Source: the human T2T-CHM13v2.0 reference genome, Homo sapiens. From it: a stretch of 64,000 bases of DNA. Position numbers and translations under genes: made by a program. Shown piece after piece: positions 30,546 to 44,499 of this stretch. Location: the NCBI RefSeq assembly GCF_009914755.1, contig NC_060936.1, one strand, 5' to 3'. Below the pieces are notes generated by a model. That model had not been told where the DNA came from, did not search any database, and saw nothing but the letters and a program-made list of their open reading frames with translations. Numbering within the stretch: the first letter of the stretch is position 1; every line of letters begins with the position of its first letter.

Positions 30546-33500
30546 CTCTATTAGCTTTTTATATTTACACTTTATATTATTATTTTAGTAGTGACACTTA
30601 AAGCTTATAATATGTGTTCTTATTAGAGTCTACTATAAATTATTCCTTTTATTATTTTCTAGATAATGCAAAGACTTTCAAATAATTTAATTTCACTTAT
30701 TCCCTTCCTTTTGCATTATAGTTATGTATTTTAATTCTATGTAAAATTTAAGTCCTGCAGATATTATTTTTACTATTATTATGACATTTACCCATACATT
30801 TTTCAGTTCTCCTCCATCATGTGTGCATTTTTTTATTATCTTTATGATCATTTCCATCTGCCTGAATCACTTATTCTAATATTTCTTTTCTATTTGTTTT
30901 TTTTCTGGTGAAATAGTCTCTCAGATTTTGTTTGTCTGAAAGTTTATTAATTCTCTCTTTACTATTGATGGACATACTTCAAAGTAAGTTAGTTTGATTC
31001 AGCATTTTAAGGTAATAATTCCATTTTCCTCTAGCATTATTTAGTTGAGCAATATCAGTTATATTATGTTGCGCCATTGAAATTATTGTGGAGTTTACTC
31101 TGGCAGATTCTAAGATTTTGGGGTGTGGGAAATCATGGTTTTCAGTAGCTCTATTGTAATGTGTTTAGATGTGTTTTTATTTCCGCTTTTATTTTTAATC
31201 TCACTTGGGGTCCATCGAGAACCTTGAGTCTGTGGTTTATCATTTCAATTATTTTCTTTTTATGTCTCCACCAGTATCTTTTCAAATATTGCTTCTTTCT
31301 TATTGTCTCTTACCTCACCATGTCCAATATGTCTCTAGTGATGTTTTATATCATTCGTCCTTTTTGTTTCTTGTCATATGTGGGCTAGATGTTTTCAAGT
31401 GATCTTTTATTTCACTAAACTCTCTTCTACTGTTAAACCACCTATTGTGTTCTCAATTTAAGTCTTTATAGTTTTCACTTCTTCAAATTTCCATTTGATT
31501 ATTTGTTAAACATATTGATTCCAACTATATTAAATTCTCCATTTTCTCACTTATATTCCTTACATATTTTTTAATAAACACTGTCAGGGTCAACTATGGA
31601 TATGTTTCTTTTTTCTGATTTTATCATCGTGGTTTTCCTCATTTTGGCCATTATCTGACATGTCTGAATTTTTCTTTTATTGGCTCTCACATAATATGAT
31701 TGAAAAATTGCAGAGGCTCTGAATGTCAACTTCTTCTTAAAAGGACTTTTATGTTTTTCTGAAGTTATAATAAGGGCAGATCAACTTAATTCCAATTAAA
31801 GATTGAGATAAATCAATGCTAGATTTCAATTTTAACATTTCAAAATAAAGCTTAGGAATCTCCTTCACTATAGTAACCATTTTACTACCTATATGTGTTC
31901 TGTAATATGTTCTAAACCTCAAATATACATAATAAAATTTATTTTTAACATTAATAGACATAATAAATAGCCTGATCTGTTTAAGTTTACCCTAGTCCTA
32001 CGGTGTGTTTTATCAGAGACCTCAAATTAAAGCATATTTGGTGGTTATGACCTTTGATTTTTTTTACTGTATTATCATGAGATTACAACAGTTCTCTTTC
32101 TAGATTTATTACCCTTTGGCTTCAGCTTTCTGTTCAATTTTTAGATTATAATTCCATCCTTCTTGGAAGTCCACAAATGTCTCTAGAGGAGTATTGTATA
32201 AATGGTCAGTCTTACTTATTTTATTATTACTATGTTTTACACATTCTTTGCTCCTGAAGGCCCGGCAGTTTTGGCACCTCTAAATTCCAATCCCCACCAC
32301 CACCCCACTCCGTTCCCTGCTTCTCTGTTAGATAGAGGAAAAACAGAAGAGAATGACAGTTTTACTATTTCCTTACATTTTTCTTTTTTCCAAGATCATA
32401 ACCTCTCAAGTCTTGTCCCTCTTAATTGGTTTCTACTGTTTTCAAATAGCTCTTTATTACCATTTATTGATTTATCTATCCTTTCTATTTCTTCTTAGTG
32501 GAAGATTGGTCTGACTTAATATGCTCCAATCTATCAGAAGTAGAAGTTCTTCAAATTAGTTGGTGTCCTTTCTGTCTGTGCCAATCCACAGTACTAGCAA
32601 AACATTTGTATATGAATCTGGAAGCTGAACATGTATCAGCCTCACATCTCTCTACTTAACTCCTTTTGTGGATAGAATGATCTCATTTCAAAAGAAAGGT
32701 CCTAGATCTTTCTTTGGATTTAGATAATAAGGAATATGAGAGGAATGCCCACATCCCACAGTCTTATTATTATTAGCTGCTCCATTCAAAGCAGAATGAA
32801 TTTCTGCCCGAAGAAGGACATTTATTGTCCTCCCCTCAGAGTTTTGCCTCTTTCTCCCCGCCCCCCCCCAAACCGGTCTGCAGCAAAGCAAAGGATTTCC
32901 TTAATATTCTTTACTATATAAGGAAATTTTATATTATACATGTTAATTGTCTCTCTGAGTCAGTTCTGAAGTGTAGCTTTTCCTCCGAGTTTTCCTTAGC
33001 CTATTCCATTGAGGTTTTCAGACCTCAGAAAATGGGATGTGAGTTGGTTAGCATCACATTTTGGCTATATAATCAGCTGCTGCTGATAGTTACTGATTCA
33101 TTCTAACAACTGGTTACCCTACACTTGAATCCCAAAAGCTAGGCAAGTGCTTGTGGGTGGCAGCAACAGTTCTCCACTTAATTTTATTAAACACACCGTT
33201 TTTTAAAAATGAACGTGACAATGCTCTCAATAATAAAAAATAAATCCAGTTTTCTTTGCACTAGTTGGATTTGTAAATAGGGAGTATTTGGTTTTTTTCT
33301 AGACTTAGGTTTATATTTTGATAGTCTAAGACATATTATGTGGTCGTGATATTTCTGCAAATATGTGCCCATCAAAAATTCCATCGTCACACCTGTAGTT
33401 AAGAGTGATCAAATATTTAAACTGATCTGTTTATGAGGTAAAGACAAATAAAGCATTAATTCAAACGTTTCCTCCTCAGAACAAAATACTTCTTTTTTTT

Positions 33501-34681
33501 TTCATTTTTAAAGTTAGATCTCTTTCCATAAATCTGTTTCCAAGCAATGTATGCACTGACTTTAAAACTGTGTAGAAATCTTCTTGACCTAAACAATAAA
33601 TGGCTAGAAATCAGTGTTGACTGCTTCTTAGCAACAAATTAAATGTTAGTAGGTTCTTGATATTCACATGGTCTCTTCACTTCAGAAAACTATTCATTAA
33701 GGTCAGGGTTAATTCACACTTCAGATAATAAGAGACCCCTAGTCACTGTTGAGAATTATTCCTGTAAATGTCACCAGATCAGTCATAGGAAACAAGCTAT
33801 TTATGATCTCATTCACAGCTATTTATCAGATAGAGTTGTGTGTGATCATAATGAATCATGGCAGTTTTTTTTTCCTCAGAGCTACACTCTAATCAGCAAT
33901 TGCCAGATACTAATATAACATTGGGTATAGGGCCAACTGGGTAATTCCTCTCCTTTAGATCTATCTATATGTGAAACATTTCACGTGGTGAGCTGAGGCA
34001 TAATAAAATCTAATTGGATAAAAATACTTCAGAAAGGAAACTACAAAGTGGTATCCCATGGGTAAAATCTACCTGTGTGCTAAGACATTCATTGTGTGGT
34101 CAAATGCAAACTTCCTTCTGGGGTCCATCTTTGGTCCATTAATTCCCAAATTTCAATTCAACTGAACAGCAATGCACTGAAAACAACCTGCAGTTTCCTG
34201 GGGCCCCCAAATAAAGTGAAGTCAAACAACTCAATTTTGATAATGGAAAAGCACTTTCGTGCTTCGAAGTAATGCATCAAATGAAGTGTTACAAGAAATC
34301 CATTGTGAGTCTGTCTACTCTCCGATGAGACGTACGTAGAAAACTATTTTTAACCAATCACTTTCACATGCATTCAAGCCCGTTCCATTAGAACTAATGT
34401 ACTTTCCAAGACCTGACAAAGATAAAAGTAATTTCTGACATTGTTTATCAAAAATGTAAATTATAGAAACCTAAAAAAAATTTTAAGAATAAAACAGCAC
34501 TAAACGTTAATATTGGAGAATGTAATATATACTACTTTCTTATCTAAATTAAGCCTTAAAAGAAGTGAAGATGAAAACAGAGATTCATGCCTACCCTTGA
34601 ACCATTAATGTAATGTAGAAACACCCATTACATTTGATGTAATGCTTGCACATATCAACTCTTGGATAATAGGAAATGTAA

Positions 34682-35060
<379 letters not shown>

Positions 35061-35119
35061 TTTTTCTTCTTTAAACAACAAAAGTGGATTGATTATTTTT
35101 AGCAAAAAAAAGCCCACGT

Positions 35120-35405
35120 ATTATCTTAAGTGAAACAATTCAGAAACAAAGTCAAATACCTCATGCTTTCACTTACAAGTGGGCAATAAATAATGTGTCC
35201 AGGTGAACACAGAGTATGCAGTGATAGTCATTGGAGTCTCAGAAGGGTGGGAGGCTGGGAGGGTGGCGAAAGATGAGAAATTACTTAATGGGTACAATGT
35301 ACATCATTCAGGGGATGGGTACACTAAAACCCAGACTTCACCACCACAAATATATCCATGTAAGAAAACCGCACTTGAACCCTTTAAATTTAAAACAAAA
35401 AAATA
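35120..35405 (+). mobile_element. L1PB4-like 3' end
   Basis: gagaaattacttaatgggtacaatgtacat...cccagacttcaccacc...tatccatgtaa. Confidence 0.8.
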
Positions 35406-35502
35406 CCTTTACCTATATCTTTTTCCAATCATGTATTTTTTTCCTTCAACAACAACAATAATAAAAATAGAACGGTCTCTAAGAATAGAATCTAACATAT
35501 TC

Positions 35503-35627
35503 CTCTTTGAAATTATTCTTTCTCGGGTATATTAAGGTACTTCTCTTTTGAAATTATTCTTTCTTGGGCATATTAAGGTACTTCTCTTTTGAAATTATCC
35601 TTTGTCGGGTATATTAAGGTACTTCTC
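35503..35627. repeat. 41-bp tandem repeat, 3 copies
   Basis: Unit ttttgaaattattctttctcgggtatattaaggtacttctc; gaaatt recurs at 35509, 35550 and 35591. Confidence 0.95.
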
Positions 35628-36293
35628 AACATTTAGATGATTTATTTTTAAATATAGTATTTTTTCTAACAAACCTGCAATATGGAGTGTCTTTTCTTGT
35701 TATTCAAATAAAACATTTTTCTGCACATAACAGCTGCAGCAATTTACACTGTTCCTGATAATATTACCAGCTAAAATTATTAATGAACTAGTTTGGTTTA
35801 TAGGGGAAAATCCTTATATCATTCCTGCATAAAATCACCATATAATTTCTTTAACTATACAGTGTTACAAAAATAAAATTGCTGGGGCACTGGAATAAAA
35901 TTAAAATGATATAAACCAAAGATGAACTGCCATAAAAATGATATACCATGTTTCTCTGAATCATACTGAGAATGTTCCATTAAAAGTCTGATAAAAATAT
36001 CTACATGGAGACATCTTTAGTATAAGCAGAATGTATAATTAATAGGTTCACATAAATAAATCTCAATTCAAAAACTCAAGATTACTCCCCAAATGGGATA
36101 TTCACCCTATAATATGGAGATACCTGTTTCTGTATTTTAATTAGAAAAGAATGGAAAAAAAACAGTAACAATTCTAGCCAAATACTTATGCTACTTACTG
36201 ACCATTGTAACACATATAACATTTTAGGTTAGTAAAAGTGAAAGCTAAAAACCCCAGAATAAAGGCATTTCATATGAAAGAAAGATATATTAC

Positions 36294-36391
36294 CTTTTAT
36301 TTCATGTTGGCTTGCTTCCCGTCTTCTTTCTAGTTCTTTTCTGTCATAATTCAACCTCTTTAAGCACATAATTCCATATTGTAAACTTGTT
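36294..36391 (-). CDS. PPFIA2: PPFIA2 exon ([33 protein letters not shown] + G), end of SAM2
   Basis: 98 nt, phase 2 to phase 1 fits both neighbours; G|gtaata donor; atypical A10-G acceptor. Confidence 0.94.
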
Positions 36392-37237
36392 CTTTTTTTT
36401 TTATTAAAAAAAAAAAAACACAGTGAGTCTACCTTAGCAGGTGGAGAAAGTTTTGTGATTAGCCATAGTCAACACTATGCACTGCTTCTTAGGGCAACAA
36501 GTTAATAAATTACATTTGCAGCCAAATCCTTCAGTATTGGAGGGAAATACATTTATAATTATTCTAAGCACAAAATGTTTCGAAGTAATAGAAAAAAAGT
36601 TTTCAAAATAAGAAAAAACAGTTTTAAAATCATCATGGATTATATTGTTCATCTATGTGTCTTTGTCTTTCATTTAGCTATTCCTACATTAGGTGCAGGC
36701 AAATTAATATTTTATTCACTTGAAAAGAATTTAAAGTCCCCATTATGGAGACAGTAAGGAATTTATAAGAAATGGATACTCTCTTCTTAAGCTGATGAGA
36801 AAAATAACACAAAACATAAGTAAGTGAGGTAATAGAAGACCAAATACTAAAATGAGTAGCTCATAACTCTAAATGATACAGAAGTATGTAAGAAGAACCA
36901 GTCAGCAGATATTGAAACTGAATGAAAAGGATATGTGGAATGAGCAGAAAATTGATTGATCCTTAAAGTATCAAGTAGCAGAGACAGGTTGACTCAGGAA
37001 AATGGAGCATCATGAACAAAAGATTGCAGATGGAAATTTAAAGGTGTGGTTAGCGAGACACACATTCCAGGGCTGAAAACCCATGCTAGGAAGTAAGGAG
37101 GAATACAATTATACATGGAGAAAAGGGCATATTAAGGAAAGCCTTAAATTGTGTTTAAGTATGAAATACATATAATTGATACAGAATTATTGGACAATTT
37201 TCGGAGGAGGAAGAGGTGACAATAAAGTTTTCTGTTT

Positions 37238-37534
37238 GGCCAGGCATGGTGGCTCACGCCTGTAATCACAGCACTTTGGGAGGCTGAGGTGGGTGGATCA
37301 CGTGGTCAGGAGTTCGAGACCAGCTTGGTCAATATGGTGAAACCCCGTCTCTACTAAAAGTACAAAAATTAGCTGGCTGTGGTGGCACATGCCTGTAGTC
37401 CCAGCTACTTGGGAGGCTGAGGCAGAAGAATCGCTTGAGCCCGGGAGGCGGAGGTTGAAGTAGCCCAGATCGTGCCACCGCACTCCACCCTGGGCAACAG
37501 AGTGAGACTCCATCTCCAAAAAAAAAAAAAAAAA
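37238..37534 (+). mobile_element. AluS (Sg-like)
   Basis: Full dimer; perfect TSD aaagttttctgttt. Confidence 0.93.
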
Positions 37535-37961
37535 GTTTTCTGTTTAAGGAAAAGTAATCTCATAGCAAAATAGGAGATGGAGAAATAAGTAATCAGAGAA
37601 GATAGAGAAATCAATTCAGGGTTCAGTTCTGCCAAAATAGGGACAACAGCCATGAGCTTGAAAGGAAAATCGATAAACCAGGCATGTTCTGAGAGAGAAA
37701 ATGAGAAGGTTTAGTGACATTATGTATAAAGATGCAGAAGATGTGATAGGAAAAAATAATCTGTAGACTTCAAGAGTAAAGATCATTGATTATCAGTGAT
37801 ACTTTACATGTTTAGGAATATAAGCAAATTTAGACATACACATTGGCCAGATTACACTTACTTGCTAGATGCATTTCTAAGCCCCGCATTTTAATAAAAA
37901 CAATGTTGAGTCAAATATTTCAGAATCAGAGAAAAATGGAAAGAAAATTGCATTAGGCAGG

Positions 37962-38359
37962 TGTTGTGGGTTGAATTGTGTTCCCTAAAATTTACGTGTG
38001 GAAGCGCTAATTCTCAGTACTTCAGAATGTGATTGCATTTGGAGATAGTGCCCTTAAAGAGGTAATTGAGTTAAATGAGGCCATTAAGGTGGGCCCTAAT
38101 CCAAACTGACTGGTGACCTTATTAAAAAGAGATTTGGACACTTGGTGACAACAGGAATATATATTCACAGAGAAAGGATTATTTGAGGACACCAAGAGGT
38201 GACCATCAGCAAGCCCAGGAGAGAGGCCTCAGAAGAAACCAGACCTGCTGATTCCTTGATCTTGAACTTCTAGCCTCCGGAACTGTGAGAAAATGAATTC
38301 TGTTGTTTATGACACCCATCTGTGGTCTTTTGCTGTGGCATCCCTAGCAAACTAATTCA
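37962..38359 (+). mobile_element. MLT1B-like MaLR solo LTR
   Basis: tgttgtgggttgaattgtgttccc...ggtgggccctaatccaa...ccctagcaaactaattca. Confidence 0.88.
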
Positions 38360-40235
38360 GTGATATACTAGATAATACTGATATAATCACTATCACAGAT
38401 ATTGGGCAGCTTGAGATTAAACCAATGCTTCTTGGTCAGTTTCTGCCAAGTTTTGATATAGAATACAAAATTATACTATACAGAGGACATATAATATTAT
38501 GAAAATGTCTGTCAGATGGAAAACTGTGCCGAAAAGACCATAGGATGCAATATACAGTCAGGTACTACTTGCTTTAAGTTGGAGATTAGCATAACTTAAA
38601 AATGAAGCTTGGGCATTTCCCAGAACAAACAAAAACCAAGTCATTTGAGTATTTTTTTTAATTTGATCATTATAGAAAACATTTTACTAAAGTAATAAAA
38701 CAGTATTAAAAGTCAATCTAGTGAAGAACGGAAAAACCGGACCCCAAAAATCTAATGCAAACGTGAAATATGAAGCCCTAAACTTCCCGTGACAGGGAGC
38801 TCACTCACTACCTCACAATGTATACACTACAAGGCAGCTGAGAGTGGTACAAAGTTGTTTCTTCTATTAACTAGAAGTCACTCACCTAGGATCTACATCT
38901 GTGTTAACTAAAAAATGAGGTGCTCAACAGAGAAAAAATAATTCTTCTATCACATAATAATGAACTTAAAACCTAAGAAAACTTACTTATTTAAAGTCTT
39001 CCTTCATCCAATTTAAATGTATTTAATTACTTCAACTTTACCACTGGACTTCTACCACCTTATAACAATTTGATACCCACAAATAAATGCAATTTCTTTT
39101 TGTTATGTCACTGTATGGTAGCACTTTTGTTGTCTCAGCCAATAAACACAGTCTAAACATGCCTTGTCAAGCCATTAACCAAAATGGAGAGTTTCGTGCT
39201 AAGGATAAATTCCTTATCTTTTTCACACAACTTTCTGTTAAATTATGGATTCTCCATCCAGCACTTTAATGGGTTTTTTAAAAAACACTGTTATATTTAT
39301 CTTTACCACATTTAATTCAACAGTGTCAACAACTGCATTAAAATTCAAAATATCACCATAAGTTGGAAGCAAAAGCCCCAATTATCCTCTATTTATCCTA
39401 ATTTTATGTCATCAACATATCTAATTTTTATACCATCTTCACTCCAGCCACTGATTAAATGTTGGACAGGAGAGAAGCAAATACAGTCTCCCAAGCCAAA
39501 ATCATCTATGGTTATATTTATTAACTTATCACCACAATCAACTTTATGTGAAAAAAACAACCAAAATCCAGCTGACATTGCTTCACCTAACATAAACATA
39601 GCATTTATGATATGGTATTATAACAGACCCCTTTTTATCTGCTGGATGGTAAACAACTTGAAAAAAAGACATTGCCTTTTGTTCAACTGCATCCTCACAG
39701 TTATCTAACACAGTATTGTTTTTGTTCTGAAATTAATATACAAATAAGCAAACTCATAAAAAGACATAGAAAAATAAAAAAACACAAATATGTCTTAGAA
39801 GAACAATTTCTTCTCAAAATTTTCCCTAGAATGTTCCTAAATTATAAAATTTATAACCACATATTTGTGTAGAGTTGAAACTATGAATTTGTTTATTCTT
39901 CCTAATTTTCTAATATAAACACATATAACTATAAAATTACCAACATGGAATTTTCAAAGAATCTCACAAAAAAATAGATGTATGCTCTATGAGGAGAATT
40001 TTGTACACATATATTTCCATAAACTTTGGGCACATAATATGCACATAGCTCTAAATTAGAAAGTCCCTGCAATTTGCTGGATGAAAACATTTTTCCAAGT
40101 AGATGTATACAAACGATGTTTCAAATGACATATATTTTCTGTCTTCTAGACGTCCATTTTTGTTTTACTAAAGTATAGGTAATATATTGTTTCATTTTAA
40201 TTATTCTTTGGGGAAAAAAAAGAAAAAACACCTAC

Positions 40236-40429
40236 CGATGGAAACTATCCACCATTTTTAAATGGACACGGAGATCTTTTTTTGTTAGGTGATCTAACAT
40301 TCTTGCATCTACCAAGCATTCCATAAAGTAACTTCTGTACTGAGGTAACCCCAAGCTGGGAAGCCATTCATTTCCAATCCACTCATGATTCATATCTCCA
40401 TAAGCCAGGGTCTGTAGAAAAACCGGACA
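40236..40429 (-). CDS. PPFIA2: PPFIA2 exon ([64 protein letters not shown] + CG), SAM2; alternative acceptor gives a start at 40411
   Basis: Two in-frame acceptors 18 nt apart (ttctag| and ttttctacag|); CG|gtaggt donor. Confidence 0.95.
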
Positions 40430-41988
40430 CTAGAATTGTTTTATAGCAGTCAAGTTTCTTAACCAATCAGATAAGATGGTAATTGGATAATATTACCTAT
40501 TATTATAACTGATATTTAATTACTATGATATGTGGAAACAAAGCAAAAATAATATTCAGATAGCATTTGATTCGATTTGGTATAAAATGGAACTCTGCAT
40601 ACATTTATTAAAGCATCTGCCTATTGAAAATGATTGGCTATTTACTTTGTATTCTCAAAAGGAATTACATTTTGTCCAAGTATGTATTTTATTAATAAAG
40701 AAATTATTATACAAACTCTGAGCTTTAAGATTCTGTCTTTAAATTGATAGGTTTGTTTTATTTGTATCTGTCATTTCCCTCTTGTCAATGCACTTATTGC
40801 CATTTCCCACTTATCAATGCCACTACTACCATTGCTATATTGTAATGGCAAATGTTGATGTGAAATGGGAACCTCAGTAAACAGAGAAAGGAATAAATGT
40901 TTTGGAGAGACAGAATTTTGAAGCTTTTTATGGACATTGTTGTTACTTAGCAAAGCAGGTCGTCAGCTTTCCAAAAAATCATTGGAAAGAATCAGTCTTT
41001 TCTAGAAATTAATCAAGATAGACTCTAAAAGAAGCAGGACAGGATCAAAAACTAAGACAGATAACCTAATTCTTTAATATAACAAACAAACTATTCTTAC
41101 CAATACTGTTCAAAACAGCTAAAATGAAAACCCAAATCAACCATTACCACTAAACCAATATTTTAAAAGAACTATTACTCTCTATTATTTTTACAGAATT
41201 CCCATTTAGTTCCTTATCATGCCCTAATTTCTCAATTCTAATATGCATTTCTAGGGAAAATCTAACTGCTCCTCTTCTTTTGTGTGTTCTCAAGAACAAT
41301 GAAATTTTTATCAAAATCAAAATCAAATACAATCCTACTGTGTGTTTAAATACAGGTCCTAATGTAACTACCAAATTTTTTCTTATATTGAAAGGTTTCA
41401 ATCAGATTGAATATAACACAAATTTTCTCTTTTGGTCATCCAAAATGTGGAAATGTAGAAAAAATGCACAGCTTCCTTGCAAAAGTATATGTCTGTTCCA
41501 AGTATAGACACCTGTCTCATACAAACATCTCAATAAATGCTAGTGACTCTGTGGTCTGCAACGCCAACACTTGCTCCTCCAACCTCTCTTCATACACTTT
41601 GCATTATATCTGAAGGCATGTGCAACTCCAAATAAGTCTTTTCTTTCTTTTTGTTCCCCCTTTAGATCCAACTTGAATGCTTCCTGATTAAATATATACA
41701 GGAGTGATTTCAGAGGAATTTAAGTTTTGGATCATTCTTTTGAGAAAGAAAGAAAAGTACCCTTTTAAAAGAGGTAAGGTATGAAACGTCAATCATCTTA
41801 TTTTAAAAATATGGTAACTTAAAAAGACATATAAAGTATTAAACATAATCTACATTTACCTATACACATCAGCCTAATATTGAGCTAAGTGAAGGTTTAC
41901 AATATTATGACTTATGACAGTTTCTTGATTTATATTCTCATTGCCTACTAAATGATATTAAGGGTCTTAAAGCATATGAATCTCCTAC

Positions 41989-42018
41989 CTGGGCCCAGCT
42001 TCCTTCCTCAGATTCTTT
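41989..42018 (-). CDS. PPFIA2: PPFIA2 30-nt microexon (KESEEGSWAQ)
   Basis: ttcctgctgctaacacag acceptor, CAG|gtagga donor, phase 0-0. Confidence 0.9.
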
Positions 42019-43219
42019 CTGTGTTAGCAGCAGGAAATGATTAATAAAGCAGGTAAATATAAATTAATTTCAAATCAATACAGTAAAATTTTTCTAGCAG
42101 AAGCAAAATTGTTATACAAAATATTTTGTATAACAGGTAGAATAAACACACAGATTCATAGACCCACAGTGATCAATTTTGCAGTTCAAAGGCAATTAGG
42201 CAGCAACTACATCATTTTCAATTAATTCTAATTTAAATGTTAAATTCATAATTTTGTGAACATTTGATTTGGTCATTACAAACCTTTTTTTAATTCTTAA
42301 ATGAGTGTAATTTTTAAAATGTAATGTGCTATAATAAAAACTTCTGATGACAAATATATATATGTATATATGATAGAGAAATCTTATACAAAGTAAATTA
42401 GTGAAGTGAAAAAACTGTATCCCTCCAACAAAGCTTTGTGATAATCAAATCGATTTCAACAACAGCCAACAAAACAAAACAAGACAAAAACCAAGTACAA
42501 CAAAACTAAACTAAAAATGAAATTAGTACATGACATTGGTGTTTTTATCCTTAACAAACTTGTAGATAATCAATTTTCAAATAAGGATAACACTGAAAAG
42601 ACATTAAATTAAAAAGAAGTTGATAAAGATAAAATATATGATATGCCCAACTTTGTTACTTTACATGAAAAAATGATTTTTATAGCATTTTATTTTTAAA
42701 AGTGACAAAGAGTCCCCAAGAAATTCTTTAAAATTGTGCTTTTCAGTACCAAATTAACATAACACTTTTTTGGTTTTTTGGGGGTTTTTTTGGTCAAGCT
42801 TGTATCTAAGATGGTAAAGCACAAGAAACCACATGATCATATTAAAAATGAATATTCAATCTAATCTTTTCTATTACCAATTTAATTTGGTTTAGAAACA
42901 TGTTACCTGTGAATATGTCCAATACTAAATATTTGTTACAAAAACTTCCAATGTTGCAACATGAATACTATTTATTACTTTCTTCCTTATTGTTTGTGTA
43001 CTATAAGCTCTTATGATATTAGCCACAATCTAACACTATTTCATTAAAAAATTTCAAGAGAGTGCAGTAAAAGAAAACTGTAAAAAATGTTAGTTATCAT
43101 TGCATGTAACTATAAAAACACACCCTATTACTCTGGTCTATTGTAAACAGATTAGTTTCCTCATCCAAAGAGCAGCAAAGTCACTTTCCTTCAGGTTCAA
43201 CAAAGCCATTAAGACTAAC

Positions 43220-43282
43220 CGTTTTTGCTGGAGCTGCAAGATTTTCCATTTCTTCATGAGTCACCCAAACGTTGCCTGAAGG
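43220..43282 (-). CDS. PPFIA2: PPFIA2 exon (PSGNVWVTHEEMENLAAPAKT), SAM1-SAM2 insert with CASK-binding VWV
   Basis: cctcctcactag acceptor, ACG|gttagt donor, 63 nt, phase 0-0. Confidence 0.94.
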
Positions 43283-44499
43283 CTAGTGAGGAGGCCCAGA
43301 GGGAAGCAGAGGAATCCATGGGAGGCAAGCAGTGGTAAAGAAGAAAGGCAGCACCTCTGTGAGTTAACAGCAACACAGCAATACCACAGTGCCCTTGCCC
43401 CTACCGTGTGCATGAAAGAGACAGCATGGCTGGTTTGCTCAGAGCTCCCTGTTTCTTCTACTCAAAAAGATTAACTAGAAAGAGGCATTCTGTGAAGCTC
43501 TTGGGGATGTAGATTTAAAATGACATTTCTGCAATTATTAATCAGAAAAAGAGCATCATCAAAATTTGCATTTCAATGGTATGTGGCTATCAGATCAATT
43601 TTTGTAATAACGGTGAACTGATTAAATTTGAACTGTAGAATAATGTAATTTTGATTTTTTACTCAGAAAACAATGGCACATGCACTTTGTTGTGTTATTA
43701 TCAAAATTTCCTTCACATAATTTTGATTCTCGATATCCTTTGAAGGAAAAAAAATGGTTGTCAATATAAAGCGGGAAGCATTATCGTAACTTATCTGGAA
43801 ACCAGCATCAGCTTTTCCCAAAAGATTCCTTTTACTGTGTGTGATTCAGTAAATAGTAAGTGTCCCTGAATTCTTGCAGCTGAGAAAGAAGTGAAATGCT
43901 ATTTTTAATTTAATAAAATGTATTTTTTAGCCACACTAATAACTGTCAAATTATAAAATCCATATATTTCCTAATTCTCCACCAGTATCTGATACCATTA
44001 TAGAGAAGAACATAGTGTAAAATAATTTTTTTTCTCTAGCAGGCAATATTCTATTATAAAGTCCCATTTGCTTTCTAAATAAAACACCCCTTGGTATTAG
44101 TTCTATACACTTAATAACGTACAGTTTCGAAACCAAAGTCCACTTAGTAACATACAGATCAGGCATATCATTGAAGGTATTGGCCCCTGGAAACCACTTG
44201 CCATCAAATTCCATCATTTCTTTATGAACATTGCAAGGTTTTCCAAGCACATCAATGAAATTTACATCCTATATATTATCTGCTACTTGTTTTGGGGAGG
44301 GTCCAATCTTTAAAGAATTGGTGTAGCAAAGTTGTTACCCAAACATTACAAGTCATCACCATAATTCACTTTGGGTTTTTCTGCCATTCACCTAGTACCA
44401 TAACTTTTCCTGTATTAAAAACAAATGTAACTACATATAAATTGATGAGTATAATTTGATGTAAGTGAAATCTTATATATGTATATACATACATATATA

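Noticed and set aside
33650-34420. Repeat-poor stretch with a few clustered CpGs (possible conserved element)
   Set aside because: No ORF, splice pair or RNA-gene motif that I can support without alignments.
35503-35627. CRISPR-like repeat array
   Set aside because: Contiguous tandem units with no spacers, eukaryotic context, no cas genes.
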